NCBI GenBank assembly: GCA_000320545.1
Contig: ADNK01002961.1
Location: 9,262 to 73,261 of the forward strand
DNA: 64,000 nucleotides
Direction of reading: 5' to 3'
Source of the DNA: Bigelowiella natans CCMP2755
Lineage: Eukaryota > Protista > Cercozoa
This document shows positions 41,185-52,900 of the stretch, in pieces; the first letter of the stretch is position 1; each line of letters starts with the position of its first letter. Under the pieces are notes generated by a model, which did no database searches, was not told the DNA's origin, and was given only the letters and a program-made list of their open reading frames with translations. The translations under genes and the position numbers were made by a program.

Positions 41185-42516
41185 TTAGACTCCGGTAGAA
41201 CCTGCAGTGGATCCTTCGTTGAACTGAGCAGAAGATGTGTCGTGCAAAGGGGAGGGGCCTGAGCGAGCCTTGTCAACCACACTTGGCTTCAAGCAGAACT
41301 TGTAGACACATGCGAACACAATAGCGCAGAAAACAATGGCGACTGCAATCGAGATTCCGGCCATAGCTCCTGCACTCATTTGGTCGTCATCATCATCCCC
41401 GCCGCTGCTTGCAGGAAGGAATGGCGCGTTCTTCTCCGCGTCGCAATTCACAACATAAGTCCTATTGAATTCGATGTTGCAGCCCCCGAGGCAGATGTCC
41501 TCAAAAACATGGAATCCAGTTTCAATCACCTCCGGAATGTCAGCGTCGCAGCAAGAATCGTGGTGCGCGACAACAGCGTTCCAAGCCGCCTCACAGGCCG
41601 CTGATTGGCAGTTGTCAAGGCTGCAACCGTTGGAGGCTTCGTTGAGAAAGTTCCATTGGTCCAACACCGCTGCCTGGTTCTCGCAGTCAACTACGCCGCA
41701 AGACACGAGCCCGGGGGTTTGGTACGGAGCAATGTAACAGTGCTGGCAGAAGGGCTCAAAGTCATGAATGCCTTCCTCAATGTTCTGAGGAATGGCATTC
41801 GCGTTGCAGCCGGAGTGGTATGATTCGACAATGAAGTACGCGTCCTGGCAAACGGGGTTGTCGTAACAGTTGCAGCCCACATTGCACTCATTCTCCACCA
41901 AGAGGTTGAAGTTGGTAACAACGCGGTCCATGTCCCTGCAGTTGACCAGGCCCGCTACGGTGCACTCGCAATCCGGATTAGACTCTGGGATCTCGTCGCA
42001 AGTGTTATCGTGCCCATGACCGTGACCCTCTTCCCCATCCTCTGTAAGAGTAGCGAAAAACTCAATATCTCCATTGTCCGCGTCGATCAGGAAGTGAGCG
42101 TCGCGCTCAAATTCTGTCGGAACATGCGCCGTGTAAAGCCCATAAGGCCCTGCAGTGATAATCGTGAAGGGGTAAAGGCTGTCGAGTGCGCTTTGGTCGA
42201 AGACAAGAGTGACCCCAGTGTCCAACGGAAACATTTGGCCTGCAGTAACCATTTGAGTAGGTGCTTGGATTAGACTCTCCGCGTTGGAGGAGGCAGCCGT
42301 GAGAGCAGCTGCAGAGGTGTTTGTCAACGAAATCAGTGCAATGGCCATTTCGGGATCGGCGTAGGCTGCTTCCAAGAGAGGGCAACCCACCTTTTGGAAT
42401 CGGAGAGAGTAGCTTCCCACCGGAAGCTCAACGGAGCCCGCCCATTCGAACTCCGCTGAGGCTAGGGGGGGGGCCAAGGCGGCGGCCAGCAGGAAAGAGA
42501 AAAAGCGACTGTGCAT
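41185..42516 (-). CDS. Intronless type I membrane protein: signal peptide, FEWAG/YADP domain, GHGHGH tract, two Cys/His-rich repeats, C-terminal TM; putative metal-binding surface protein
   Basis: Signal MHSRFFSFLLAAALAPPLASA (ATG 42516), EEGHGHGHD, repeats C..A...V..(Y/H)H..C...IP..IE.G.H.FE..C, TM AMAGISIAVAIVFCAIVFACVY. Confidence 0.8.
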   Translation of the reverse strand: MHSRFFSFLLAAALAPPLASAEFEWAGSVELPVGSYSLRFQKVGCPLLEAAYADPEMAIALISLTNTSAAALTAASSNAESLIQAPTQMVTAGQMFPLDTGVTLVFDQSALDSLYPFTIITAGPYGLYTAHVPTEFERDAHFLIDADNGDIEFFATLTEDGEEGHGHGHDNTCDEIPESNPDCECTVAGLVNCRDMDRVVTNFNLLVENECNVGCNCYDNPVCQDAYFIVESYHSGCNANAIPQNIEEGIHDFEPFCQHCYIAPYQTPGLVSCGVVDCENQAAVLDQWNFLNEASNGCSLDNCQSAACEAAWNAVVAHHDSCCDADIPEVIETGFHVFEDICLGGCNIEFNRTYVVNCDAEKNAPFLPASSGGDDDDDQMSAGAMAGISIAVAIVFCAIVFACVYKFCLKPSVVDKARSGPSPLHDTSSAQFNEGSTAGSTGV

Positions 42517-43060
42517 ATTCGAGGTAGAGGCCTTTCGAGTTGTGACAGCTCGGGCAAGATTTGATGGGAAGCGACCTCGCATTCTGCGAATCCGAAACCG
42601 GCGCCCAGCCTGGCTGCGGCGAAATTTGCTGCACGGGTGCGAATAGCCCGTTGTGGGAGATGGGTATCCCCCGATTTCCGGAGAGAATTCGAAAAATTTT
42701 CATGTCGCGCATAAAAAATAGCATTAAAATTGGAAATTTCTTCTTGTAATTGGAGTACTCTTATTTCCCTCCTCTCTGTGCTGCAGCGAGCGCGGCGTAC
42801 TCGTGCCTTGCCTACGCGCAACGCAGGGCGTTTTTCGCTCTGGAGGGACGGAGGGGGGCCCGTCGGAGCGCTCGTTAGGGACTGGCGGAGATTGCTCGTT
42901 TCACAAAATGCCACAGAGTGCGACTGCGAAAGGAAGTGGTTCTGGAAAGTGAGGGGGATTTGCCCGAGCCGAGCTCCAAAAACGCTGCGTTTTCGAAAGC
43001 GCCTGAAATCGTCGAGAATGCCAATGAGCCATCGTCATCGAACTGGGAGGGCGCGTACTC

Positions 43061-44170
43061 ATGGCACGTAAAGCCTCGGAGAGCAGATGCGTGTGGCATT
43101 CTGGTGTTCTCACTGCAGTCATTGTAGCTGTTCTCGCCATCACTGGGGGAGCCGTAGGGGAATCTTTAGCCAACGTGCCCGTTCCTCGAAAAGGAAAGCT
43201 AATCTCAATGCGAAAATATGCTATTGATGTTGACCGATTACTCCTCTCGCGTGATCACTGGCCAGATGTTGATGAAAATGTGCACGTAGCAGCCTCGAAA
43301 CTCGCAGCCACTTTCATCTCCTCCAAACTCGACGCAACCTTGGCGGCGTTCCTCGAGGCGTCAGCTGCTGCAACTGCTAGTAGGTGGGGGCAGGTCGTAG
43401 CATACGCCAAGCAGCATGCATTCTGGTCGTTGCAGCGATACCTCGGATGGAGTTGGACTGACGCATCTGCTTTCATGGAAATGGCGAAGCTTCATGTTGC
43501 GTCAGAGGAGCAATTGCGACGATTATTACTTGGACATGAGATCGCAGCCGGAAGTGTCGAAGCAAATCCCGTAAGGTTGCTAGACATTGGTGCTGGCGCA
43601 GGGTTAGTCACAGATTCCCTCGCAGCTTCGTTAAATATAACCGATAGGACAAATGTCGTATGTGTTGAAAACTCAGGCGCTTTGAGGACAATTCTTAAAA
43701 AAAGAGGCTATAAAGTGGTTGCCCCTGACGAGTTTTATGGCGGCAGATTATCGTCGGAAAAGTTCGCTGCAGTTGCGCTTTTGAATCTCCTCGATCGTTG
43801 CGATGAGCCTGTTGCGCTCCTGAACAAAGCTCTAGGCATGCTGGCACCAGGAGGGCTATTGTTCATAGCAACGGTGCTGCCATTCAATGCGATCGTTCAT
43901 GAGGGGCAGTTAGGTTCGAAGTGGGGGAAGTCATCCTGGCGTCTGCCTCGCTCGCCGATTACTTTCAGAAGTATACTTATTAGATCGAAAAAAAGCGCAT
44001 TTGAAATCAAATTAGCGATCTTCTTGGAGGCCATTCACCGGCACCACCCACATCTGGATTTAATGAGCTGGACTAGACTTCCATATGTATCGTCAGGGGA
44101 TACCGTGAGAACACATTTTGCCCTTGACTCCGCGCTAATGGTATTTCGCCAGCCGTACTCTGACTGGTGA
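43061..44170 (+). CDS. METTL9: METTL9/DREV-family protein-histidine N-methyltransferase, intronless, with N-terminal signal/anchor
   Basis: LLDIGAGAGLVT, LLNLLDRCDEPVALL, VLPF and WTRLPYVSSGD...FALDSALMVF match the METTL9 pattern as I recall it (LLDLGAGDGEVT, LNLLDRCDQP, WTRLPYLCEGD...YVLDDAVFVL). Confidence 0.85.
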   Translation: MARKASESRCVWHSGVLTAVIVAVLAITGGAVGESLANVPVPRKGKLISMRKYAIDVDRLLLSRDHWPDVDENVHVAASKLAATFISSKLDATLAAFLEASAAATASRWGQVVAYAKQHAFWSLQRYLGWSWTDASAFMEMAKLHVASEEQLRRLLLGHEIAAGSVEANPVRLLDIGAGAGLVTDSLAASLNITDRTNVVCVENSGALRTILKKRGYKVVAPDEFYGGRLSSEKFAAVALLNLLDRCDEPVALLNKALGMLAPGGLLFIATVLPFNAIVHEGQLGSKWGKSSWRLPRSPITFRSILIRSKKSAFEIKLAIFLEAIHRHHPHLDLMSWTRLPYVSSGDTVRTHFALDSALMVFRQPYSDW

Positions 44171-45199
44171 ATCTAAGAGACATTTTGATATTTCTTTTGT
44201 AAGCTTGCTGCGCCTGTCAGAAACTGCAGCAGCTGAAACGATTAAATCTTTGACGCTCGTGCTGCATGCTCTAAAAACATGCGAAACTTTTATAACGGCA
44301 ACTCCATCGATCTACTTAACGATTCATCACATAGATACGAACACAATGTTTTCGTCATTAGATCAATGGTTACAACACCATGCAATATCACAATGAGAGA
44401 CTAGCTAGCTAGCACACTTTCACGCAGCTCTAGAGCTTTGCTTGTAGAATGTAGGCTAGCTAGCTAGCTTTTATTGTGATGTAATGTCAATCTAGCAATG
44501 TCTGCTAGTCTAGTAGTCTAGCTAGAATTACAACAACACTAGAAACACAGCGAAGTGCCAACAGCCACTAATTAGCTAGATGAAGCCGTGAAATGCACAC
44601 CTAGCAAGTAAGTTCTAGAGCTTGCTAGACATCTGTTATGCCTAGATGCAGAGCTAGTGAGCTAGTGGAGATGCTAGTGGTTTTCAGGTTTGTGCGCGCC
44701 AACATACGACTAAATGAATGTTCTCAATTCTAGACTGCAATTTTGCCCTACACCATTGATCGTGATGAATCGCTCAGCATTTGCATGCATGTAGCAACAC
44801 ATCAATGACGTGATAGCTAGGTTAGCTTTTGCAACAAATGAGGCACAGCTTAGGCTTGCTATCGGGAGATAAAAAAAAAAACAAATTAAAAATCAACTAA
44901 TTCAAATTGGTCTCGCATCCTCTTTGGAAGAGAGACATGTCAACATTGACATAGAGAGTTTTCTGTTCATTGTTCTTCTCATTTTAGTTGTGAGTTAACC
45001 CAAAACTCAGAATGGATACTAGATGTTGTCTTCGCTCTGACGAAAAAAAAACAAGGTTTCAATTTTGAAATAATGTGCCATGACAATGTGTATCCAGCAC
45101 GTCTAGATGTGAAGTACAAGCACGGTTAACAACTGTGTACCAAAGCTTCATCCACAGTTGATCTACAACCATAACACATTCGAATGTGTCCTACTCTTG

Positions 45200-47866
45200 G
45201 GCGGCCTATTTGTAAATAGGTAACTTATGTGGACTCATAGGAAAGAACTTTTATGATATATCTGCATTAAGTAAATCGATTTTGTAACTCCTATATTTCA
45301 TTCCACACCACTGATTGGCATGAGATCCGATCCGACTTTTAATGTGCAGTTGTTACAAAATATTCCTATATACATTTGTACTAATAGCAGAAATTACAAC
45401 ATAGAAGTTGATCAATTTGATACTTACGTCCACATATTCGACAGTGATGCCTCCGAAAGAATAGTGAGAACGTTCTTAGACAAATCTTAGGTATTCATCA
45501 AAGTTATTTTTAAAATATAATACCAGTGATCTAGATTACATGGCACTCAAGAACGTGATCATTCTTTTCCCAGTGCATCCTAGTCTGTGCAAGCTTTGTA
45601 AATAGCTTCCTCAGGTCTTCTAGCTGAAATTAAGTTCATTGTAATTGATAACGATTATAGAACGGAAAATATATATTTGTCTAACCTGCAGTGACTTTTG
45701 CATTGGCGTGACTCTAATATCCAACTCGTTGCGATGCCCGATTTCTATTCTATTGATCAATCTTTTCTCACTGGACTTTTTCCTAAGAGCAAACAGCCAA
45801 AAACATATATAATAATGTGTACAGATAATTATGTTTTACTTATTATCAAACCGTTCATCATCAAGGCTCCTAAGTTGCAGTTTGCTTGATTTGAGATTTG
45901 TAGGTGCAGAGACCACACTATGAATTTTTATATAGTTTTTTGCTTAAAATTAATTATATATTTATTCATTATGAACTATCATACTAAACCTGGTTGAATC
46001 CTGTCCTACTTTGCATACTTTTTGTTCTGATTCATTCAGAGTCGATCTCGGCATTGTCTTATTTTCCATATCGGGTGAGGCGGAAGTTCTTAACTATTTA
46101 ATGTAGACTAATTAATACCTTGAAAAGACAACTTTAGCCATATATAATTACATCGACGTTCAAAAGATTATGGATAATGAAGTTTTGTTTCTTTCATAGC
46201 GTATATTCTTTCTTTGCAAATACATATATGAATTTTGCATACCGCCAGGTGTTGAAGATCCCTAACCTAAACATGAGAGTAAAATAAATGATTGTAAACA
46301 AGATATTAAAATAGTAGCTTAGAAAATCATAACCGTCATTCTACTTCTTCGCGACATGCTCAATTCGCTGCAAGATAATTTCAAAGATCAGATTTTCCCT
46401 AAGATTTAAATATTAACTTACTGGGGAATAGGTTGGCTCTCCCGTGATCTTGACGGCGACTCTGGTCTTATACTATTATTTCTGCCCCCATTAGGTTAGG
46501 GAATGGATATTCTATACAGGCTTCGTTTAAACTAGGTTACCTTTCATGACGAATGTAGTAATCCAGTGGAAGAATAACAGATTCGCTTACACTTTCTCTA
46601 ACAGGCACCGTTCTGAATAGTTACACTTAAATGTAATATGCAACTCTTATTAACTTATTGATGAAGTTATGTTTGTAGACTCTTAAAAATATGAAAAATG
46701 ATATTGGGTTGATACTTATCGATGTGTTCAGGAATCACTGTCGGAATTTTTGCATGGGGAAGCTGTTTATGGCACAGATGACTTAGCTCTTTCTTAAATG
46801 AAATTCAAGTTTAAATGTATACCTGAGCATCGGATGACACTCGCGCTGGTTCAACTGAAAACTTGCTATGCTCATAGTCTATAGTAACCAAAACATTAGC
46901 TTTCACATAAGGAAAATTATGGTTCATATGTGGCGCTCCACCGTTTTCATAAGCATAATTTTCAGCATCATCGCTTTCACTACTCCTTGCCAATGAAACA
47001 GACTGTAACGGTAATACTGCATTAACCGAAAGAAATTTGAGTTTATGATGTATAATACCGTCTCCATTGTTTGAGCAGAAAAAAATCCATGCTTTTTCAC
47101 CCTAATCACAACGCTGTTATGCATATGTTTTAACTGTACAAAATCCTTACTTGAAGAGATCTTTAATATTTTTGCTTTTATGCTGATGATGCTTTGACTT
47201 GCTAGAACTACTAAATCTATTAAAGCTCGCCAGCATCTCAGCTCTTAGTGGAACCTCCCCACGTATCTTTTGTAATTCCTCCCTTTAATTAAAGTATTCA
47301 AAAGCAATTAAAACCCACATGGATAATACTGATAATCTAATAATACTTATTTTACCAGAGGCGCGTAGCTTCATTAATAGCATTTTGAGCTATTCTTTTC
47401 ATTTCCTTTCGTCATTGGTCCAGCATATTATAAAACTTCATACAACAAGTTATAAGAGAGTTCTGAGTACCAGATAATCCGACTTTGCAACAAGCTCGGC
47501 ATTAAGGGATCCCGATGCACTGCATGATCTTAACATCTTACGATTTTTCCCTCGCATGCTTTAGAACATATAATTTAGCATCGGTAAAATCAAACTCATA
47601 TGCCTCAGATAATCATTTTACCTGCACCGATGACAATACACATGACCACATGTTTTACAACATGTTCCTTCTCTGCCGTTTGTGATTGCCGTGTAGCAGG
47701 AAGAACAACGGTCAGGCGTACTCATTAATAGAGGCGGTATTACTTTGGAAACTGTTAGAATACAATGGTGCATACCTCATGCGCATATCAAAACCTACAA
47801 GCAAATCTCTTCGTTACCATTCCGTTTTTCCTCTCTTGCCCCGTAGCGTAGACCGTTGGACTCCAT
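45200..47866 (-). CDS. Hypothetical protein with many short exons and an N-terminal Cys cluster
   Basis: Regular ~50-nt GT-AG introns. Exons read MESNG|FDMRM|..., CCKTCGHVYCHRC, EMKRIAQNAINEATRL|WEELQKIRGE. 3' end not resolved. Confidence 0.5.
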
Positions 47867-48297
47867 ACGCGTGTTTTGTTCATCCAATTGTAGGTCGATT
47901 ATGATGCGCGACACACAAAAAGCATACCAAATCAACTTGCTTTCGCTCCCGAAATCGACGCGAAAAAATAAAAAAGGGGAGGGCGACAAGGAATGCTGGG
48001 AAAAAACACGACGAACGTTTTGCTGTTGGAGTTCATCGGAATCGTGCCTCGAGAGTAAAGTAAAATCAGTGCGCAAACAGTTTCGCGACAGCGACAGAAT
48101 GCACGTTTTGGGGATTAATCGCCTCCGTTCTTACATTCTCAATACAACAATGGCGCTTATGCAGGTTTTTTTGTTTGTTGCATGGTGGAATGTCCTGTGG
48201 AGTATAGACAGGAATAGCTTAGGCATTGTGCTTTCGTACTGTTTGTTGTAAGCGGATGCTGGGTTTCTGGATTAGATAATGTTTTTCCTTGAATAAA

Positions 48298-49867
48298 ATG
48301 AGACCGTTAATGTCTATCTATAAGGCCAGGGCTGACTTCGCGTTCAAAGATGATGATGTAAAATTACCCTAATTCTTTATTGGAACAATATATTTAGATT
48401 AACTCTAAATTGTTAGGATCAAGATGGCATTCTCGAAATGCAGATTGGAGACATCATCACAGTAATTTTACATTTTTTTGATTTTCTACTTTTCGACTTA
48501 ACCCGCTTTCTACATATGTGCAGATTATCGAAGAGGGCGATGAAGGAGGTTCATGATTTCTAACCCTTCAACTCCTTCGTGACAAGCAATAATGTGCGCT
48601 GTTCTGATAGGATGGTGGAGAGGAAAGTTAAATGGAGTAGAAGGTAAGCTTTCGTACAACTATACAATGCAATCTCAGTTATGTGTTATGTGTATATTAG
48701 GATTTTTCCCCATCACCTACTGCACCATTCTAAGGGGTATTTAAAATAACAGTAGCATTAACCAAATTTGTGTTGGCATACTATGTTCTCAATATCCAAA
48801 TAATCAAAAACTATATATCAGATGAGGAAGTGGTATCACGCGAACGAGTTGAGGTACTGAATCGATTGGGCAGTTTAAAGTCAGTCACTTTAATCATTTC
48901 ACATACTCATTGGTTATCGCCAGAGTACTTCTATAGCTGCTGTATCGATCGTATCTCCAAGAGATGCATCCGGATTGGGCTCTTTTGGTGAAAGCTCAAG
49001 AGGTATTTATTTTGTCGACTCTTTGTAGGTTGAACTCCAAACATAAACAAAAGATCCTACCATCCCAGACATTAAAAGTTCTCTGCTCGCCAAAGAAAGG
49101 TAGTTATGCATTTATATTATCAACTATATCTGAAAAACGTTTTCATTTTATAACCACAGGAAGGATGGGCCACCTCCTTTGCCTGCTTTCCATAAACATA
49201 AAATCTCGGTCGGTGAATAAATAAAAGGGATTCCATATTAAGTTGTGCCGTGAACAAAATATTATTCCGGCATCGTTGAGATATACTTACATTCAAGTCT
49301 TTTAATTACATATTCAATTTGCATTCATAAGGTCTTGACTGATATGAGCTCGTTGATATCCCGCTCAAGAGCTAACTCAAGAAACTTGGAGATCAAAAAG
49401 TGATCATCTTGCAAATATATCAGTTCACATGTGATAGATCACGCTTTTCCATATGATTTGTTATGATTCTCAGCAAGCCTGCAGTTTACAGTACAAGGAG
49501 GTAATCATTAACTTTTACTTCAATGAAAATGACCATTAGTCTATAAGAATTGATGATCATACTCCAGCGCATCCAATAGCCAAACACGCATGTATGGAGG
49601 AGGTCCGAAGACCAAAAAGTAACATCGTATTAATGAGTTGCAATAGAAACTACAAATGTTTAAGAGATACTTCACTAGGATGGGAATCTTAGGCCTCGAT
49701 ACAAGAGTCAAAGTTCCGACTCAATTCAACGTTTGGGGTTTGAAATATAAAATCACTGAATAAAACCTAAATTTCTGAATAAAGTGTAAGCCATGCTTTA
49801 AGGGTTACGTTTATCACATTAGCAAAAAATATGGCGATTATCAGTTCACTATATTGCATTATTCTCG

Positions 49868-49906
<39 letters not shown>

Positions 49907-52900
49907 TATAACTGTACAATATCGTTAATAAGTACATGTTAATCTTATAGATTTTGTGCGCTAATATGGGGAGGTGTCGAAGAAAGGTTTGCCTGTTGGT
50001 TTTGCAATTAAGCACACCTGAAAACTCGTATTTCAATTGCAGATTTGGCCTTACTTATGGCATTGTGGGATCGTACACAATCATGCTTGGTTCTGCAATC
50101 AAATTATGATAATGATTTATGAGTCTTTCATTAGTTTGATGCGATTTTTCTGGCAGGAGTATATATTTATCTTTTCGAGAAGGTACTGTTTACGACACGC
50201 AGCCCAAGGTAGCATCCACATAATTTCAGTTGAACAAGCGTAAAATATATTCTTCAGTGCTATACCTTACCGAGGGCTAATGTATTTTATCGTTGGATTT
50301 CCACTATTCATCGCTTATCCAACAATAATAGCTGGGGTAATCTTTGAAACCATTTTTGTCTCAAAAAATATAATCGTTACACGTCTTAGGTTTGTGTATA
50401 CATTACTGGATTTGTTCAATGTGTATCTGCATTCTATGAAGAATCGGTGCAAACTTAACATACACGGTAATTTTGTGTGAAGATAGTGAATAAATGCGTA
50501 TGCTAGGTAAAGCCAAAGAAACGGAAGACAATGGCTAAAGCTGCTCCAGTAAAACCTACTGGCGACGCAACAGATTCTAAATCCCGTAAATATACAAATC
50601 TAACGGTTGTATTCGCTTATTTTGACTTTTTGTTTTTTGGCGGTAAGCTGTTACAGCTAGTAAGATGAAAATACTTGCCAGTAATGGAGGAGTGGATCTT
50701 GTGGAACAAGATAGTAGCACTTGGTGTGAGGTTCTATTCACAAATTATGTTCTATATGTATTGAATTTAAAAGTTAAATTAACTTAAAGAGCTTGAAAGC
50801 ATGGTTAATTTACTTGCAAAATACGAACAAACTTGGAACTAAGGTTATTACGCTTTCATGCTGCATAAGAATGTTATCGAGTACGTGACTGGAAATACCA
50901 CCATTTACTTCTTAGTTGTTTATTCTTACCTACATCATCGGGAATATCATAATCTTCATCTTTGCTGTAAGATAATTTAGATGCTTTTGGATTGTTCTGA
51001 GTGGTCGTTTTAATTTCGTCAGTTACAACTTTGGTTCATGATCAATGACGAACTTGACGTAACAGAATCAAATAGAACCAAATCCTTTGTAAACAATACC
51101 TACATGTAATGTATGAAAAATAAACTAACACCAGGAAGAAGATAGGATTAGTGGGGCTGGACCTTTTGCAAAGGGGTACCTTTTTTGACGGTTCCAACCT
51201 ACATTCGTTAAAATCTTGAATGGTAGGTTTGGATGGACACTAGACTTCAACTGCGCGATGATTCTTGTAATCCGTTGAGAAATATAAATATATAAATGCG
51301 ATGTTAGCTTGGAAATGATGGAACTTGTTTTTAACTTTAAGGTTCCAGTGTGCCGGAATCTCTTGTCCATTATTTACGATTTTTCCAACTCAGGGGTTGT
51401 CTGATTCAATAATACATATCACAAATGTGCTAAGCAATATTTTCCAATAATTGTAGTATTGCCTCGGAAAATGCTTGGCTCCTATCGTAAACTTAAAACC
51501 TGCCAATGTTTTGAGCCTGTGGAAGTTCAATGTTATACTTCAGGTGACATTCATTCCTGTGGATAAAAACATTGCTTTCCATAAATTCATCGCTTATATT
51601 ATGGCAGGGTAACTCATTAAGTTTATAAGTTCTATGCTGTTTAAGAATTGATATTGATTTATATTTTATTACCATGAATAGGTGTGCCGCTGGACATATG
51701 TTTTTCCATTTTGTAAGATCTGATGGTAAAATTTCGTTAAATGAAGCTAAGAGTTTCTTAAATTCAGATAAACTACATTTTGAGACCGGACCAGACAATA
51801 AGTCTTTTCGGGGTTGCATTTACAATTTCATATCTCATTAGGAATTTAAACATTATCTGACTTTACTTAAGATTGTACCATGGTATACCGGAGGACTTAT
51901 TGTTGTGTGCATCTTTGTCATATTTTCTGGAGGGCAAAGTATGTGAATTGGCCAAAATTATTTTGGTTAAAAGGAATAAGATTTTAAATATGCTTAGGAA
52001 AGGTTCGGAGGAAACAGTTCGAAATATTTTGGTAAAATTGGTAAAGTTCTATTCGATCTCCCCTTAAATACAATAATACAGGTACACACACATATTTGTA
52101 TTTCCTCTTTTCTTCATTCTACTTCTGATTCATGGAAAAGGAGGTATTCCAAATACATCTGCATCGAGGCAATTGCTGTGTAATTTGATGCATTATTTAA
52201 ACTAGGATGGAATCCGAATTTCTGGAAGTGGTACGGTATTCCAGTGAAACTCAGTTTACTTTGATTTACTTTGATGATAATATATAAGGTTCATAGTACC
52301 TGCTGTAATGTATGCAGCTGAGCGTATTGTAACTATTCGAAGAACACGGAAACCGGTTGTTCCTCCTTAATCAAGTTTTGTTGACAACTTGTTTTAATTT
52401 TTAGTCTAAGATTTATTTATCTAAAATATAGGTTACGTTACTGTCAGTGACATCAATGAAGCCAAATGTATTTTCGTTGGAGATTGAAAAGGTGTATCTC
52501 TGGTTTAATACGTGTATTTCACTTATTCTAGTTTTATATTTTAAGTCTGGTCCGTTCGAAATGAAAACAAATGGCCGGGAACCTTACTTTGAAGGTATCA
52601 GAGTTGTTAGTTGCGGCAATGAAATTATATTATTTTGGTCATTGCGAAGGTCAATACTGTTTTATCAATTGCCCGCATTTGTCCCAGTTCCAGTGGCATC
52701 CCTTCACGTAATCCTATTTCATGTGTGCACTGATTTGATTCTGATGCAGATTGCTTTTCTTTTAGCATTTCATCTGCTCCCTCCGACAAAACTATTACAT
52801 TCCATATTCGTAAATCGATTCCAGGGTAAAATTAACCATGAGAATAATAAGTGAAATGATTATTTTACGTAATTAATTTTGCAGATCATGGACTGATGAG

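Noticed and set aside
47625-47670. FYVE domain call for CCKTCGHVYCHRC
   Set aside because: Lacks the R(R/K)HHCR motif and I could not find the other Cys pairs.
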